DNA of 57,449 bases, from positions 1 to 57,449 of the forward strand of contig CAWBHS010000091.1 of NCBI GenBank assembly GCA_963788655.1, given 5' to 3'. The notes below the pieces were generated by a model. It searched no databases and was not told where the DNA came from. It saw only the letters and a list, made by a program, of their open reading frames with translations. The position numbers and the translations under genes were made by a program. Shown one piece after another: positions 9,625 to 20,602 of this stretch (the first letter of the stretch is position 1; the number at the start of each line of letters is the position of its first letter). Source of the DNA: an uncultured Verrucomicrobiae bacterium (GTDB lineage: Bacteria > Verrucomicrobiota > Verrucomicrobiia > Limisphaerales > JAFGQR01).

Positions 9625-9980
9625 GGTCTTGGAGTGCGGCAGCCCTCTGCCGCTTTCGAACGACTCGCAGACCTCGTGACCACGAGCCGCGCCCGCCGAC
9701 TTTGCGCCGCCGCCCTCCATGCGAAAGCGCCGGCAAGCCGGGCGCACTCCAAACGCTGGCGCGTCTTTCCTGCTGGCCCGGCCCAACCTCGCGCCAGCGC
9801 TTGGAGTGCGTGGAGCTTGCTCCCGCTTTCGTTGGCGACCGGGCAAACAAAACTCCGGCACGCTCCGCCGTTGTCCCACGCCCAGCAGACGCAGACACCC
9901 CGCCATCTCACGATTTCTTCCGCCCATCCGCCGGCGATTCCCTCTCCCCTCAAAGAGGGGAGAGGGTTAGGGTGAGGGGT
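9625..9980. repeat. Cluster of REP-like palindromes (TTGGAGTGCG class and CCCTCTCCCC class)
   Basis: ttggagtgcggcagccctctgccgctttc; arms gcactccaaacgctggcgcg / cgcgccagcgcttggagtgc; perfect 12-bp hairpin ccctctcccctc-aaa-gaggggagaggg (9940-9966). Confidence 0.75.
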
Positions 9981-10041
9981 GCGAAAAGAAAGGACCGATC
10001 ACATTCCTACGGTCTCCAACCAGCACAAAACCCGCCGCCCG

Positions 10042-11967
10042 CTAAGGGACCGAAACCATTGCTTCCGTCCATTCGCGCAAGTCCCAGTCACCCCATTGCA
10101 CGTCGGCGGTCAACAATTGCAAATCCACCTTGGCGGTTTCAGGCACCGCGATTTTGAACTCGATGGCTCCTTCCTCACGCGCATTGAGGCGCAGCGGGCT
10201 GGGTGTCGTGGCGCGAGGCATCCAACCATCCGGCAGATGCAGGCGCGCAGCGAAGGTTTGTTCGGTCGGCGAATGATTGAAAAGGCGCAGGTAGAGCGTG
10301 AGGATTTCTCCGGGATGCGCTGGCGTCGCGTAAGGATAGAAACGCGCCCAGCTTTCATCGAGGCCAAAGTTCGGATCATCCCAGGGCAGCAGTGCTTGCA
10401 GAAGACCCACTCGCTGCTTCAGAACGTCGAGCATCTGGTTGATTTGCGCCTCACTAAACCGGAACGTCGGCCCAACGTGCTCGTTGATCAACCGGGCCTC
10501 GGGTGCGACGCGTTTTACCAGCTCCAGACAATAGAAATACCCCATCCCCTCGTGCAGCAGATTGCGGTTGAGCAGACAGTAATCATCGATGCCCGAGGGG
10601 GTAAATGAGTCACCGATAAAGAAGAATTGTTCACCGGAGTCTTTCTTCACCAGGAGCGCGTCGTGGTACAGGGTTTGACCGGGAAAGTAATAAAGGGTCA
10701 TTTCAAATTCCTTCCAGCGCCACCGCTCGCCGTTGACCGCGCGGCCGGACACATGAATGGGGTGGGCCGTCAGACACGGCAGACGATACGCGCTGGGATG
10801 TTCAAGCACGTCAACATTTCGCAACGACGCATGAACCGTGGCGCCAAACGTCTCGACGAGTTTCGAAACCTGGTCCGTGTGGTCGTCGTGGTAGTGAGTG
10901 ACAAATAAATGTTCGATGGAACTGAGTTTTCCGGCCGCTTGCAGTTTCTTCAATTCGTCAATGATGTGTTGGCTGCCGCAGTCCACGAGGAAACCGGTTT
11001 TATCCGTCGCCAGAATGAGGCGTGAGTTGCTAATGGGCACGATCCACGCGGGCAATTCTTCGACCGTCTCGGCCATGGGCATCCAATCGACCTTCGCTTG
11101 CGGCCCGAGCACGCGCCGGGCTTTGGCCAGGATGTGTTCGTCCTTGAAATACCAACGCAGCGCATCGATGGCGAGGTAGTTGGCGTAAAGCGCCCGAATC
11201 CTGCCAATCAGAGTGTCAATCGCCTTGGCAGGATCCCGGATGACCGGGCCACGGGCGGGAATGAGCAGATCCGGCTTCTCCGCCGCGATCTGGTTCAGGC
11301 TCGTGATGACCTCGCCGAGACGCGCCGCGTAACCGTGGTAGCCGCCGATCTTCGCCGCCGGGAGCGCATCCTGAAGACTGTACAAATCCAGGAGTTGGCC
11401 GTCCCCATAAATCAGGTCGCCGGTGAAGGCAATGCGCCGGCCCTCGAGTTCCATCAAATACGTCACCGCCCCCCGCGTGTAGCCGGGCGTGTCGAGGACG
11501 CGAATGGGTAGGCCCTGCCAATTGAGCACGTCGCCGCCCCGAACCGATTGCGCCACGGCAATTGGGTGGCGGAGAATCTTCGTGGTTTGTTGGGCATAAT
11601 CGTGAAAGCGCTTCGTCGCGAAGTCCGACCAGAATCTCCGGACCTCCGTGAACTTGTCCAATTCCGCCGCCGGCACGATGGCTTTGGCGCCGGCCGTCAC
11701 GAGCGTGTCAGCCGCCCAGACCACGTCGCGGCGGTGGTGTGTGAGCAAGACAGTATCGACCTTTGCCGGTGTGTCACGCGGATCACCATAGACCGCGAGT
11801 ATCTTTCCCTTGCGTGACAACACTGCGCCATTGACCGGGCCGTGTAATACTTGCAAGTCCTTCGCGACGTTTTCGACGGTGAGTGGTGCTGATGAGGCCA
11901 GTGCAGTGCTCCCGGCAAGGAACGTAAGCGGCACCAACCATTTGAGGTTGCGGGCGATGTGAGCCAT
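10042..11967 (-). CDS. Exported tandem MBL-fold metallo-hydrolase
   Basis: Signal peptide. Domain 1 THHRRD..TPGYT..FTGD (degenerate); domain 2 THYHDDH..PGQT..IGDS; C-terminal beta-sandwich-like segment. Confidence 0.85.
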   Translation of the reverse strand: MAHIARNLKWLVPLTFLAGSTALASSAPLTVENVAKDLQVLHGPVNGAVLSRKGKILAVYGDPRDTPAKVDTVLLTHHRRDVVWAADTLVTAGAKAIVPAAELDKFTEVRRFWSDFATKRFHDYAQQTTKILRHPIAVAQSVRGGDVLNWQGLPIRVLDTPGYTRGAVTYLMELEGRRIAFTGDLIYGDGQLLDLYSLQDALPAAKIGGYHGYAARLGEVITSLNQIAAEKPDLLIPARGPVIRDPAKAIDTLIGRIRALYANYLAIDALRWYFKDEHILAKARRVLGPQAKVDWMPMAETVEELPAWIVPISNSRLILATDKTGFLVDCGSQHIIDELKKLQAAGKLSSIEHLFVTHYHDDHTDQVSKLVETFGATVHASLRNVDVLEHPSAYRLPCLTAHPIHVSGRAVNGERWRWKEFEMTLYYFPGQTLYHDALLVKKDSGEQFFFIGDSFTPSGIDDYCLLNRNLLHEGMGYFYCLELVKRVAPEARLINEHVGPTFRFSEAQINQMLDVLKQRVGLLQALLPWDDPNFGLDESWARFYPYATPAHPGEILTLYLRLFNHSPTEQTFAARLHLPDGWMPRATTPSPLRLNAREEGAIEFKIAVPETAKVDLQLLTADVQWGDWDLREWTEAMVSVP

Positions 11968-12196
11968 GCCCGATTACACTCCCAATCCCGGCGGCTCGTC
12001 AAACCCGCAAGCGGCGTGGTTCGGTAGGACAGCGCGTCCTCCCTGTCTTGAATTACCGAAGTCCGTTAGTTTTTGCAGGAAGTGTCAACTAACCAAGGAA
12101 CAGTATCTGTTCGTTCCGGGTCTCCGTCGGTCAGACCGCTTTTACCGGGAATGGTCACATCACCCAAGACGGCAGGTCATCAAATCATGACGCGGA

Positions 12197-12903
12197 TCAC
12201 TTGCCTTCCGGTTGGTCCCGTCTCCGGTCGGCGTCTTCCTGGTGGCGGCGGCGGAAGTATTCCTCCCACATCAGCTCGACGGCGCGTTTGCTGCCAAGGC
12301 CAACGACAGCACGAAGCCCAACGCCAGCGCGCCGAAGGCGATCAGGAACGCGCCGGTCACGATGGTCACGGCGATATCCAGTTCCACCAACGCGATGGCG
12401 CACGCCACCACCAGAATCGCCGCAGCGCACGATGCGGGCCACGAGCCGCGCGCGCTCAAACTCCTCCTGGATCAACGCCCGTTGCACGGCGCGCGACATG
12501 GCGGTCGCCACCCCCCAGCCGACCAGCAGGATGATTGCCGCCGTGATCAATTGCGGGATCAAGTTGCACCAGCTTTTCCAGCAGCTCCGAGAGCACCGTC
12601 AGCTTCCAGATGACGACCGCGTTGTCCAGGAAGACCAGGAACAACAGCACGCCGAAGACCGTGCCCACCATTCCGAACAGCGAGTGGCGCACGTCGCCTT
12701 TCTCCAGCGCGCGTCCCCAGCCCAGGCGCACGACCACGCGGTCCAGCCGCAGGAAAATCAGAATCCGCACCACCAGTTTCGCCACGATCCAGGCGACGAT
12801 CGCGCCCAGGACCAGCACAATGAATCCCGCGAGCAAGGTCGGCAGGTAGCTGCACGACGTTTGACATCACGTCCCGCACTGATTCGAGAGGTTTCGTATC
12901 CAT
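12197..12903 (-). CDS. Multi-pass membrane protein, mechanosensitive-channel TM_helix/CmpX-like (frameshifted)
   Basis: Hydrophobic segments across frames: LAGFIVLVLGAIVAWIVAKLV, IPQLITAAIILLVGW, LDIAVTIVTGAFLIAFGALALGF. Confidence 0.65.
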
Positions 12904-12916
12904 AACTGTGTGCGGG

Positions 12917-15222
12917 TTAGATCATCCAACGCTCGCGGTTCGGCGGCCATTTCATAGACGGTGATCACGGGAATGCTCGTGCGGTCGGCCAGTTCCAGCG
13001 GCGGCGCGTAGGCCAGCAGTTGCTCGATCACGCCGGCCTCCGTGCCGCCGATGACGATCAGGTCCGCGTCGCTGCGACTCGCGCAACAAGCCCGTGACGA
13101 TGTCGCCGGACCTGGATCACCTTCTGTTCGCTGCGCGGACAACGCTCGCCCAGTTCCTTGTTCATCGCTTCCTCGCCGCGCGCTGCGCTTCCTCGGCGCG
13201 TGGCCGTCCAGGGCAAAACATGCACCGCCCGCACCTGCGTCTGCTGGATCCGCGCCAAACGCCTCCGCCAGATCGGCGCTCAATTTGGAATGCGGCCCGC
13301 GCTCGTAGGCGAGCAGCACGGTTTCGATCTGCTCGGGCCAGCGTTCGGCGGTCACGACCATCACCTGCGCGGGCGCGGATCGCACCACGCGGTCCACGAT
13401 GGTCGCCGCAAACCGCTCGATCAAGCCCGACGCGCCGCGCGCGGCCCATCACGATCAGGTTGCATTGTTCCTCCAGCGCCGTTTCCGTGACGCCGAAGGA
13501 AATGCGGTGGGAAATCTTGACGACGACTTTGACGGGGATGCCTTCGAATCGCAGGTCGCGCACGAGGCGATCGAGCGCTTGCTCGGCTTTCTGCGCCTCG
13601 TTCCATGCCTTGCGCCAGCAGATCGCGGTCGGGCACTTCGACCACCGACAACACAATCATTTCGCCGTCGTAATGGCGCGCCACCGCGGCGGCCGCCTGG
13701 AGGATGATTTCCGCGCGGGACAGACTGCCGACGCAGGCCAGGATGCGGTATTCCCGCCGTTCCGCCGCCTCGCGCACCGCGACCAGTTGCGCGTAGGCGC
13801 GGTCCCGCTTGCGCGAGTAACCGTAGAACACCACCAGCCCGATGCCGATCCACACGCCCGCGCTCAACCACGCCAGCGGGCTGTAGAAGAACAGGAAGAC
13901 GGCCAGCGCCAGTTGCAGCAGGATGCCGACGATGGGAACGAACGGCGAGAAGCGGCACTTTGAACCCGCGCCGCAGGTCGGGGCGTTTCTTGCGCAGGGA
14001 GATCAACGCCGCCTGCACCTGGATGAACAGCAGCAGGAACATGATGTTCGCCGCGCTCGCCACCACCTCGATCGGCAGCGTCACCGCCATCGACCGCGCT
14101 CAACACGCCCGAGGCCAGGATGGACCAGTGCGGCGTCTTGCGCAGCGGATGAATCTTGCCGAACCACGACGGCAGATTGCGGTCGCGCCCCATCGCGAAG
14201 GAAACGCGCGAGGACGAATAGATCGTCGCGTTCAACGCGCTCATGGTGGAAAACAAGCCGCCGATCAGGATCAGCACGCCGCCGCCGCGGAAGAACGTTT
14301 CCGCCACGTTCACCAGCGCGGTTTCCTTGTGCTCGCCGAGGTATTTCCAGCTGGGCATCCCCTCCGGCTGCACCGCGCCCAGCGCCGCGAACGCCACCAG
14401 CAGGTAAATCGGCACCACGATCAGCAGCGAGAGGAAGATGGCGCGCGGCACGTTGCGTTCCGGGTTGCGCACCTCCTCGCTGCACTGCGCGATGATTTCG
14501 TAACCCTCGAACGCGATGAACGTCAGCCCCATCGCGATGAACACGCTGCCCGAGCCGTTGGGCAGCGGAGTTCTCGGTGAAGGTCAGGTGCCAGTCCGGC
14601 CGCTGCAAGCGTGATCCAGATGCCGAAGCCGATGAACACCGCCAGCAGCACGATCTTGCCGCCGGTCACGATGTTGCCCGCGCCGCCCGCCTCCGACGCG
14701 CCGCGATAGTTGATGTAGCAGAACACCGCCACCACCGCCACGGCCATCCATTTTTCCATCGGCAGAAACGGCAGGGTGAAGTCTCCCAGTCCGAGCAGCG
14801 GCAGACATTCCTTGCAGATACGCCCCGAAGCCCAGCGCATACAGCGCGCACGCCACCACGTAGGCGAACCACGACATCCAGCCGCTCATGAATCCCTGCG
14901 GATCCTTGAGGCCCGTCTTCACGTAGAGATAACCGCCGCCCGCGCTGTGGAACGACGAACCGAGTTCCGCATAGGCCGCCGCCGCGAAGAGCGTCACCAC
15001 GCCGTTGAGCAGGAAGACGAGAATCAGCGCCGGCCCGGCCACGCCCGCCGCGATGCCGGTGAGCACGAAGATGCCCGCGCCGATCATCGCGCCGACGCCG
15101 ATCATCGTGATGTCCAGCAGCCGCATCTCGCGGCTCAGCCGGACTTCGGAGGACGTGGCGGGCGTCGGCGCCGCGTCGGCGCCTGCGTCGTTGGCTGGTA
15201 ATTCCGGTTCGTTTCCAGGCAT
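12917..15222 (-). CDS. APC-family amino-acid permease with C-terminal universal stress protein (USP) domains (multiple frameshifts)
   Basis: IGVGAMIGAGIF, AELGS..AGGGY, FIAFEGYE..EEVRNPERN, SSRVSFAMGRD. C-terminal USP-like segments ILACVGS, LSVVEVP, CNLIVMG, ADLIVIG, IPVITV. Confidence 0.85.
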
Positions 15223-15339
15223 CGCCGTTCAGGGTTTTGCGCGGGCAGTCTGCGGCCATCCGCAGCTTGATGGCAACACACAAAACCGGGCGGGCCGGGC
15301 CGCCGCATTGGCGGACGCCGCTTCGGGAACTATTACCAG

Positions 15340-15448
15340 TGGCGCGGTCGGTGCCACGGAGAAAGCCGTCGAATCGCACTTGGGCCGCATCCGCCGCAAG
15401 CTCAAGGACGTTCTGCTAACGGAGTTGAATGATGAAACCGCTGACTGA
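15340..15448 (+). pseudogene. 3' remnant of an ECF sigma factor (region 4)
   Basis: VGATEKAVESHLGRIRRKLKDVLLTELNDE resembles the sigma region 4.2 recognition helix. No region 2 upstream. Confidence 0.6.
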
Positions 15449-15935
15449 TCAAGAACGACTTCTCGACGACGTCTTGACCAATGGAATGCCCGATGGTTTC
15501 CGCGAGGCATTGCTCGGCGAAACCGTGCGGCTGGCACGGCGACGACGCTATTAGCGGCAGGGCCGACGCGCGGCAACCGTTTTGGTTGCGGTGGCTTTGG
15601 TGGGCGCCGTCTTGTGGATCCACAGCCCAGCCGGTCGCGACACCAAGTTGCCAGTTGCGGCGCAATGCCCAATTGTCCAGAGCCAGCCGTTACCCGTTTC
15701 CGCAGTGGTGTCCACCCAGCCATTCGCACCAGTGCAGGTTGTGGCTTCAAAGCCAACCGTCGATGTCGTGACGACTTCCCCCGCCAGTGGCAATTTTCGT
15801 GTGGTCGGCGATGACGAACTGTTGCGCCTCACAGCGGCGGCAGAACACCCGGCCGCGCTGGTCCGTTACGCCCATCAAGCGGCAGAGTTGGTCTTCGTCC
15901 ATCCAACGGACGAGAAGAGCTTTCCGGTGAATTGA
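15429..15935 (+). pseudogene. Single-TM protein (possible anti-sigma partner) with an in-frame TAG at 15552-15554
   Basis: MMKPLTDQERLLDDVL...LARRRRY*RQGRRAATVLVAVALVGAVLW... continues in the same frame as ORF 15582-15935 and overlaps the end of the sigma remnant. Confidence 0.6.
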
Positions 15936-16176
15936 GAGCTTGGGATTTGTCCAGCTCAGTCGCTTCCGACCACCGTGACCGTCAACGTGAGTAAGCCATG
16001 ATTTCTTCGCCATAAAATGCCGGCCACACAGTCTCTGATCAGCTTATTCAATGGTGAAGGCAGCGTGGGTCTGCGATGCGCCTATCCCCCCATAAACCAG
16101 CACGGTTTCACGCCCACAGCCACATGTATTGAGTGGACACAGCCTGGCCGCACGGCCGTATTTTTGGCGCACTTTT

Positions 16177-16216
16177 CCCAACGAAAGCGGGAACAAGCTC
16201 CACGCGCGCCAAACGC
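16177..16216. repeat. Partial copy of TTGGAGTGCG-class element
   Basis: ccaacgaaagcgggaacaagctccacgcgcgccaaacgc is close to the reverse complement of about 9798-9835. Confidence 0.7.
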
Positions 16217-16249
16217 AACGTAACTTTTGGAGGTTGATCCCGCTTCAAC

Positions 16250-16326
16250 ATCCAGCATCTGGCATCTGGCATCTGGCATCCGGTATCTGGCATCCGGTAT
16301 CTGGCATCCGGTATCTGGCATCCGGT
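16250..16326. repeat. Heptanucleotide tandem repeat (ATCYGGY, 11 units)
   Basis: atccagc, atctggc x3, then alternating atccggt/atctggc, upstream of hemE. Confidence 0.95.
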
Positions 16327-16488
16327 ATCAGTAACAGCCCTGCTTGATTTGAGGCGCATAAGGGAAAAAAGTATGGCCATTCGGGCGGCAGCGTTTATGG
16401 TGTTGGCAGTGATTGAACATCGAACAGACTTGCCGTTTACCGTGCGTCCAGCCCCCTGAGGGGGCACCCCCGTCGGCGTGCTCCGGTC

Positions 16489-17592
16489 ATGTCCATGAAT
16501 TCAGCGACCCATCCAATTCCAGCAACCCCCGTTTCGCCGTCTCCCGCGGATGGTCCCGAAAGCACTATGACCAGCCGGCAGCGTTTCCAGCGCGCTTGCC
16601 GCTGCCAACCGGTGGGTCGCCCGCCGGTTTGGCTCATGCGACAGGCCGGCCGGGTGCTGCCGGAATATCGGGCGCTCAAAGAGAAATATTCGTTCCTCCA
16701 ACTGGTGCGCACTCCCGAGCTCGCTACCGAAGTAACCCTCCAGCCCATCCGGCGGTTTGGTTTCGATGCCGCGATTATTTTTTCCGACATTCTGGTCATT
16801 ACCGAAGCGTTGGGGCAGCCCTACGAATTCACCGATGCCGGCGGCATTCGGATGGAGTTCACGCTGGAACACGCGGACGACCTGAAGCGGTTGAATGCCT
16901 CCGGCGTGGCCGAACGCCTGCAATACGTGGGCCAGGCGCTCAAACTAACCCGTGCCGCTTTGGGCGAAGAAACCGCCTTGATTGGTTTTTCGGGCTCGCC
17001 CTGGACGCTGGCCAATTTCATGATCGCGGGCGGCGGTTCGCGCGAATACCTCAAAGCCCGCGAACTGTTCTACGGCAACCGGGCCGCGTTTGACCGGTTA
17101 AGCGAAATACTCACCCAGGCCGTCACTGAGTATCTGCAAATGCAAATCGATGCCGGTGTGGATGCCGTGCAGATTTTCGACAGCCTCGGGCAACTCCTGC
17201 CGGAGGACGAGTTTGCGGCGGCATCCGGATGTTGGATGCAGCGCATCGTCGCCGGACTGCGAGGCCAGGTGCCGGTGATCGTCTTTTCACGCGGGGCCCA
17301 CGGCGATTGGTCGTCGGTGGTCAACACCGGGGCCAACGTAGTGGGAGCGGATTGGACCATTTCGCTGAACCACCTCAAGGCTCTGCTGCCCGAGCACGTT
17401 GGCATCCAGGGCAACCTGGACCCGGCCATCCTGAACACCAATCCCGAAACGGTGGCCGCGGAAACCCGGCGGATTCTCACCACCCTGCGCGGTCGGCCCG
17501 GGCACATTTTCAACCTCGGCCATGGCGTGCCGCCCACCGCCGGACTGGAAAACGTCGAAAGTCTGGTGTACACGGTAAAGAGTTTTGTATGA
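16489..17592 (+). CDS. hemE: Uroporphyrinogen decarboxylase
   Basis: PVWLMRQAGRVLPEY, DAAIIFSDIL, GFSGSPWTLA, IQGNLDP, HIFNLGHG. Start codon may lie slightly downstream. Confidence 0.97.
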   Translation: MSMNSATHPIPATPVSPSPADGPESTMTSRQRFQRACRCQPVGRPPVWLMRQAGRVLPEYRALKEKYSFLQLVRTPELATEVTLQPIRRFGFDAAIIFSDILVITEALGQPYEFTDAGGIRMEFTLEHADDLKRLNASGVAERLQYVGQALKLTRAALGEETALIGFSGSPWTLANFMIAGGGSREYLKARELFYGNRAAFDRLSEILTQAVTEYLQMQIDAGVDAVQIFDSLGQLLPEDEFAAASGCWMQRIVAGLRGQVPVIVFSRGAHGDWSSVVNTGANVVGADWTISLNHLKALLPEHVGIQGNLDPAILNTNPETVAAETRRILTTLRGRPGHIFNLGHGVPPTAGLENVESLVYTVKSFV

Positions 17593-18968
17593 GTCGTCTT
17601 GAAGTCAATCTGGAGCTGATCCAGAAGTATAACGTGCCGGGGCCGCGATACACGTCGTTTCCGCCGGCGACGAAGTTTACCGATCAAGTTACCTGGACCG
17701 ATCTGGCCGGCGAAATCGCGCAGAACAACCAGACTGCCCGTGACCTGTCGCTCTATTTCCACATCCCGTTCTGTGAAACCCTCTGTTGGTTTTGCGGCTG
17801 CACCACGGTCATTACCTTGCAGCACAGCCAGGGAACCACCTATATCGATTACCTGCGGAAAGAAGTCGCGCAGATGGCGGCGTTGCTCCATCCGGATCGC
17901 CAGGCGGTGCAATTGCACTTTGGCGGTGGCTCGCCCACGTTTTTAACGCCGGCGGAAATTCGTGCCCTCGGGTCCATCATCCACGAGCATTTCACCGTGG
18001 CGAAGGACGTGGAAGCGTCGGTGGAAATCGATCCGCGCCGCTTGACCCAGGACCACGTGGTGGCCTTGCGCGAGATCGGTTTCAACCGGGCCTCGCTCGG
18101 GGTGCAGGATTTTAATCCGGAAGTCCAGCAAGCCGTGCATCGCATCCAACCGCGCGAAATGACCGAACAAACCATCCAATGGATTCGCGAAGCGGGCTTC
18201 AAGTCGATCAACATCGATTTGATTTACGGATTGCCGTTCCAGACGGTTGCGTCGTTTGAAAACACCCTGGACCAAATCCTGGAACTTCAGCCCGACCGGT
18301 TGGCGATTTTCAACTACGCCCACGTGCCGTGGATCAAGCCGTCGCAAAAGATTTTCGAGAAACGCGCGACACTGCCCACGCCGGAAACCAAGCTGCAACT
18401 ACTGAAATTGGTCACCGAAAAACTCACGGGGCCGGGTGGCTACGTGTATATCGGCATGGATCATTTTGCGCGACCGAACGACGAATTGGCAGTCGCGCAA
18501 CGGAACAAGACCCTCCAACGCAATTTCCAGGGCTACAGCACCCGCGGCGGCGCCGACATTTATGCCTTTGGCATGTCGGCGATTTCGCAGACCGAAAATG
18601 CCTACTGGCAAAACGTCAAAGAACTGCCCGCCTACTACGCCGCGTTGGATGCCGGAAAAGTTCCGCTGGTCCGGGGCTACCTGGTGACCGAGGACGACAA
18701 AATCCGACGCCAGGTCATCATGCATCTCATGTGCAATCTGGGATTGGAGTATGCGACAATGTCCGAACGCGTGGGCGTCAAGGTGCCGGAGTATTTCGCG
18801 CAGGAGATTGAATCGCTCAGCGACATGGAAGCCGACGGCCTGTTGCGGCGCGATGACGACGGCCTTGAGATCACCGACCTGGGGCGCCTGCTGATCCGCA
18901 ACATCGCCATGCGCTTTGACACCTACCTGCCCAAGGAAACCGAGCGACGGTTTTCGCGGACGATTTGA
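17589..18968 (+). CDS. hemN: Oxygen-independent coproporphyrinogen III oxidase (radical SAM)
   Basis: GPRYTSFP, HIPFCETLCWFCGC, HFGGGSP, IGMDHFA, RNFQGYST. ATGA overlap with hemE. Confidence 0.96.
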   Translation: MSRLEVNLELIQKYNVPGPRYTSFPPATKFTDQVTWTDLAGEIAQNNQTARDLSLYFHIPFCETLCWFCGCTTVITLQHSQGTTYIDYLRKEVAQMAALLHPDRQAVQLHFGGGSPTFLTPAEIRALGSIIHEHFTVAKDVEASVEIDPRRLTQDHVVALREIGFNRASLGVQDFNPEVQQAVHRIQPREMTEQTIQWIREAGFKSINIDLIYGLPFQTVASFENTLDQILELQPDRLAIFNYAHVPWIKPSQKIFEKRATLPTPETKLQLLKLVTEKLTGPGGYVYIGMDHFARPNDELAVAQRNKTLQRNFQGYSTRGGADIYAFGMSAISQTENAYWQNVKELPAYYAALDAGKVPLVRGYLVTEDDKIRRQVIMHLMCNLGLEYATMSERVGVKVPEYFAQEIESLSDMEADGLLRRDDDGLEITDLGRLLIRNIAMRFDTYLPKETERRFSRTI

Positions 18969-18993
18969 GCGCCGCATGAGCTGCCGATGTTTC

Positions 18994-19063
18994 GTAGCCG
19001 CCGACGTGAGGAAGCGGAACCCGGTCAGATACTTCGGTTCCGCCTTCTCACGTCGGCGGCGAC
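18994..19063. repeat. REP-like palindrome (class A)
   Basis: gtagccgccgacgtgaggaagcggaac ... gttccgccttctcacgtcggcggcgac between hemN and hemG. Confidence 0.85.
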
Positions 19064-19168
19064 AAGAGGATTTCGCTGGGTTTCCGGGATTTATCGAACT
19101 TTTTACGGCTCTGGACTTGGCATCGGCGCCTGGGCAGGCCACATTAACTTGTAGCGTTTGAAAACCTT

Positions 19169-20602
19169 ATGACGAGCGTGGCGATAATTGGCGCCGGGAT
19201 TACCGGGTTGACCGCAGCCTACCATCTGCGGAAAGCCGGCGTGGGGGTTGCCGTGTACGAAGCCAAGGATCGGGCCGGCGGAGTGATCCGCAGCCTGCGC
19301 GAGGGCGATTATCTCGCGGAGTGCGGCCCCAATACCATCCTGGAAACCTCGCCGAAAATCACCGCGCTGCTGAACGAACTGGACTTGGCGCAGCGGCGCC
19401 GGGATTCCGCTCCGGAGGCGGGCGCCCGTTACATCGTGCGGGGCAAGAAACCCGTCGAGCTTCCGGGCGGCGCATTAAGTTTCTTTACCACTCCGCTGTT
19501 TTCCTGGTCGGCCAAAATGCGGTTGCTGGCCGAACCATTTGTTGGCCGGGCGCAACGCGAGGAAAGCGCGGCCGAATTTGTGACCAGGCGACTGGGACGG
19601 GAGTTTTTGGATTACGCCATCAACCCGTTGGTCAGCGGCATTTATGCGGGCGATCCGGCCAAGCTGTCCATCCAGCACGCTTTTCCCAAGATCCAGAATT
19701 TGGAACAGCGGTACGGCTCGCTGATCCGCGGCCAGTTCCTCGGCGCCCGGGAACGCAAACGCAGCGGCGAAGTGTCCAAAGCCCACGCCAAGAAATTCTC
19801 CTTCGACGAAGGGCTCCAGGTGCTGCCGGACACGCTGCACCAGCATCTCGGCGACGTCGTGCGGTTGAATTGCCAGGTCACCGACGTCACGCGGACGGAG
19901 GCCGGTTCCTGGCGTGTGCGGTTCCAGCACGGGAACGGCGAGAGTGAGCAAGAACATGCGGCGGTTTTGTACGTGGGCACAGCCTATCGCCTGCCGGAAC
20001 TCCGTCTCGGCCTCGAAGCCGGATCGACCATTTCGTTGAAGCCATTCGGTGAAATTTACTATCCACCGGTCGCCAGCGTTGTGCTTGGCTTCCGCCGGGA
20101 AGACGTGGCCCATTCTTGCCACGGTTTTGGCGTGCTGATTCCACGGGTGGAAGGCTTTGATATTCTGGGCACAATTTTTTCGTCGTCGTTATTTCCTGGC
20201 CGCGCGCCGAAAGGCCATCACACGCTCACCACCTATCTGGGCGGCGCGCAAAATCCGGAAGTGGCGTTGCTCAGCGAAGACAAGCTGGTGGAATTAACAT
20301 TGCGCGAGCTACGCACCATGCTGGGCGTGAACGGCAAACCGACCTTCCAGCAAATTGCCGTGTGGCCCAAAGCCATTCCGCAGTACGAAGTCGGGTATGG
20401 CCGTTACAAGCAGTTGATGGACGACGTCGAGAAACAGGCGTCGGGTTTCTTCCTCGGCGGCCACTTCCGCGACGGAGTTTCACTGGGCGATTCCATTGTG
20501 GCGGGTCAGCGCGCCGCGGAGCGCGTGGACGCATTCTTGAAACAAACCAATGCCAGCGGGACGGACACGTCGCAACTGGCGGCCATGGGAGCCACCGCAT
20601 GA
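19169..20602 (+). CDS. hemG: Protoporphyrinogen oxidase (HemY-type flavoprotein)
   Basis: VAIIGAGITGL, GPNT, SGIYAGDP, GFGVLIP, AIPQY. Confidence 0.93.
   Translation: MTSVAIIGAGITGLTAAYHLRKAGVGVAVYEAKDRAGGVIRSLREGDYLAECGPNTILETSPKITALLNELDLAQRRRDSAPEAGARYIVRGKKPVELPGGALSFFTTPLFSWSAKMRLLAEPFVGRAQREESAAEFVTRRLGREFLDYAINPLVSGIYAGDPAKLSIQHAFPKIQNLEQRYGSLIRGQFLGARERKRSGEVSKAHAKKFSFDEGLQVLPDTLHQHLGDVVRLNCQVTDVTRTEAGSWRVRFQHGNGESEQEHAAVLYVGTAYRLPELRLGLEAGSTISLKPFGEIYYPPVASVVLGFRREDVAHSCHGFGVLIPRVEGFDILGTIFSSSLFPGRAPKGHHTLTTYLGGAQNPEVALLSEDKLVELTLRELRTMLGVNGKPTFQQIAVWPKAIPQYEVGYGRYKQLMDDVEKQASGFFLGGHFRDGVSLGDSIVAGQRAAERVDAFLKQTNASGTDTSQLAAMGATA

Noticed and set aside
15552..15554. In-frame TAG as pyrrolysine or read-through
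   Set aside because: No supporting machinery or context; a nonsense change beside a truncated partner gene is simpler.
16233..16249. GTTGA-N7-TCAAC palindrome upstream of hemE as an FNR box
   Set aside because: Spacing and right half do not fit TTGAT-N4-ATCAA, and it abuts a repeat array.
16082..16321. ORF with MPDARYR/MPDTGCQ repeats
   Set aside because: It is simply the translation of the heptamer DNA repeat.
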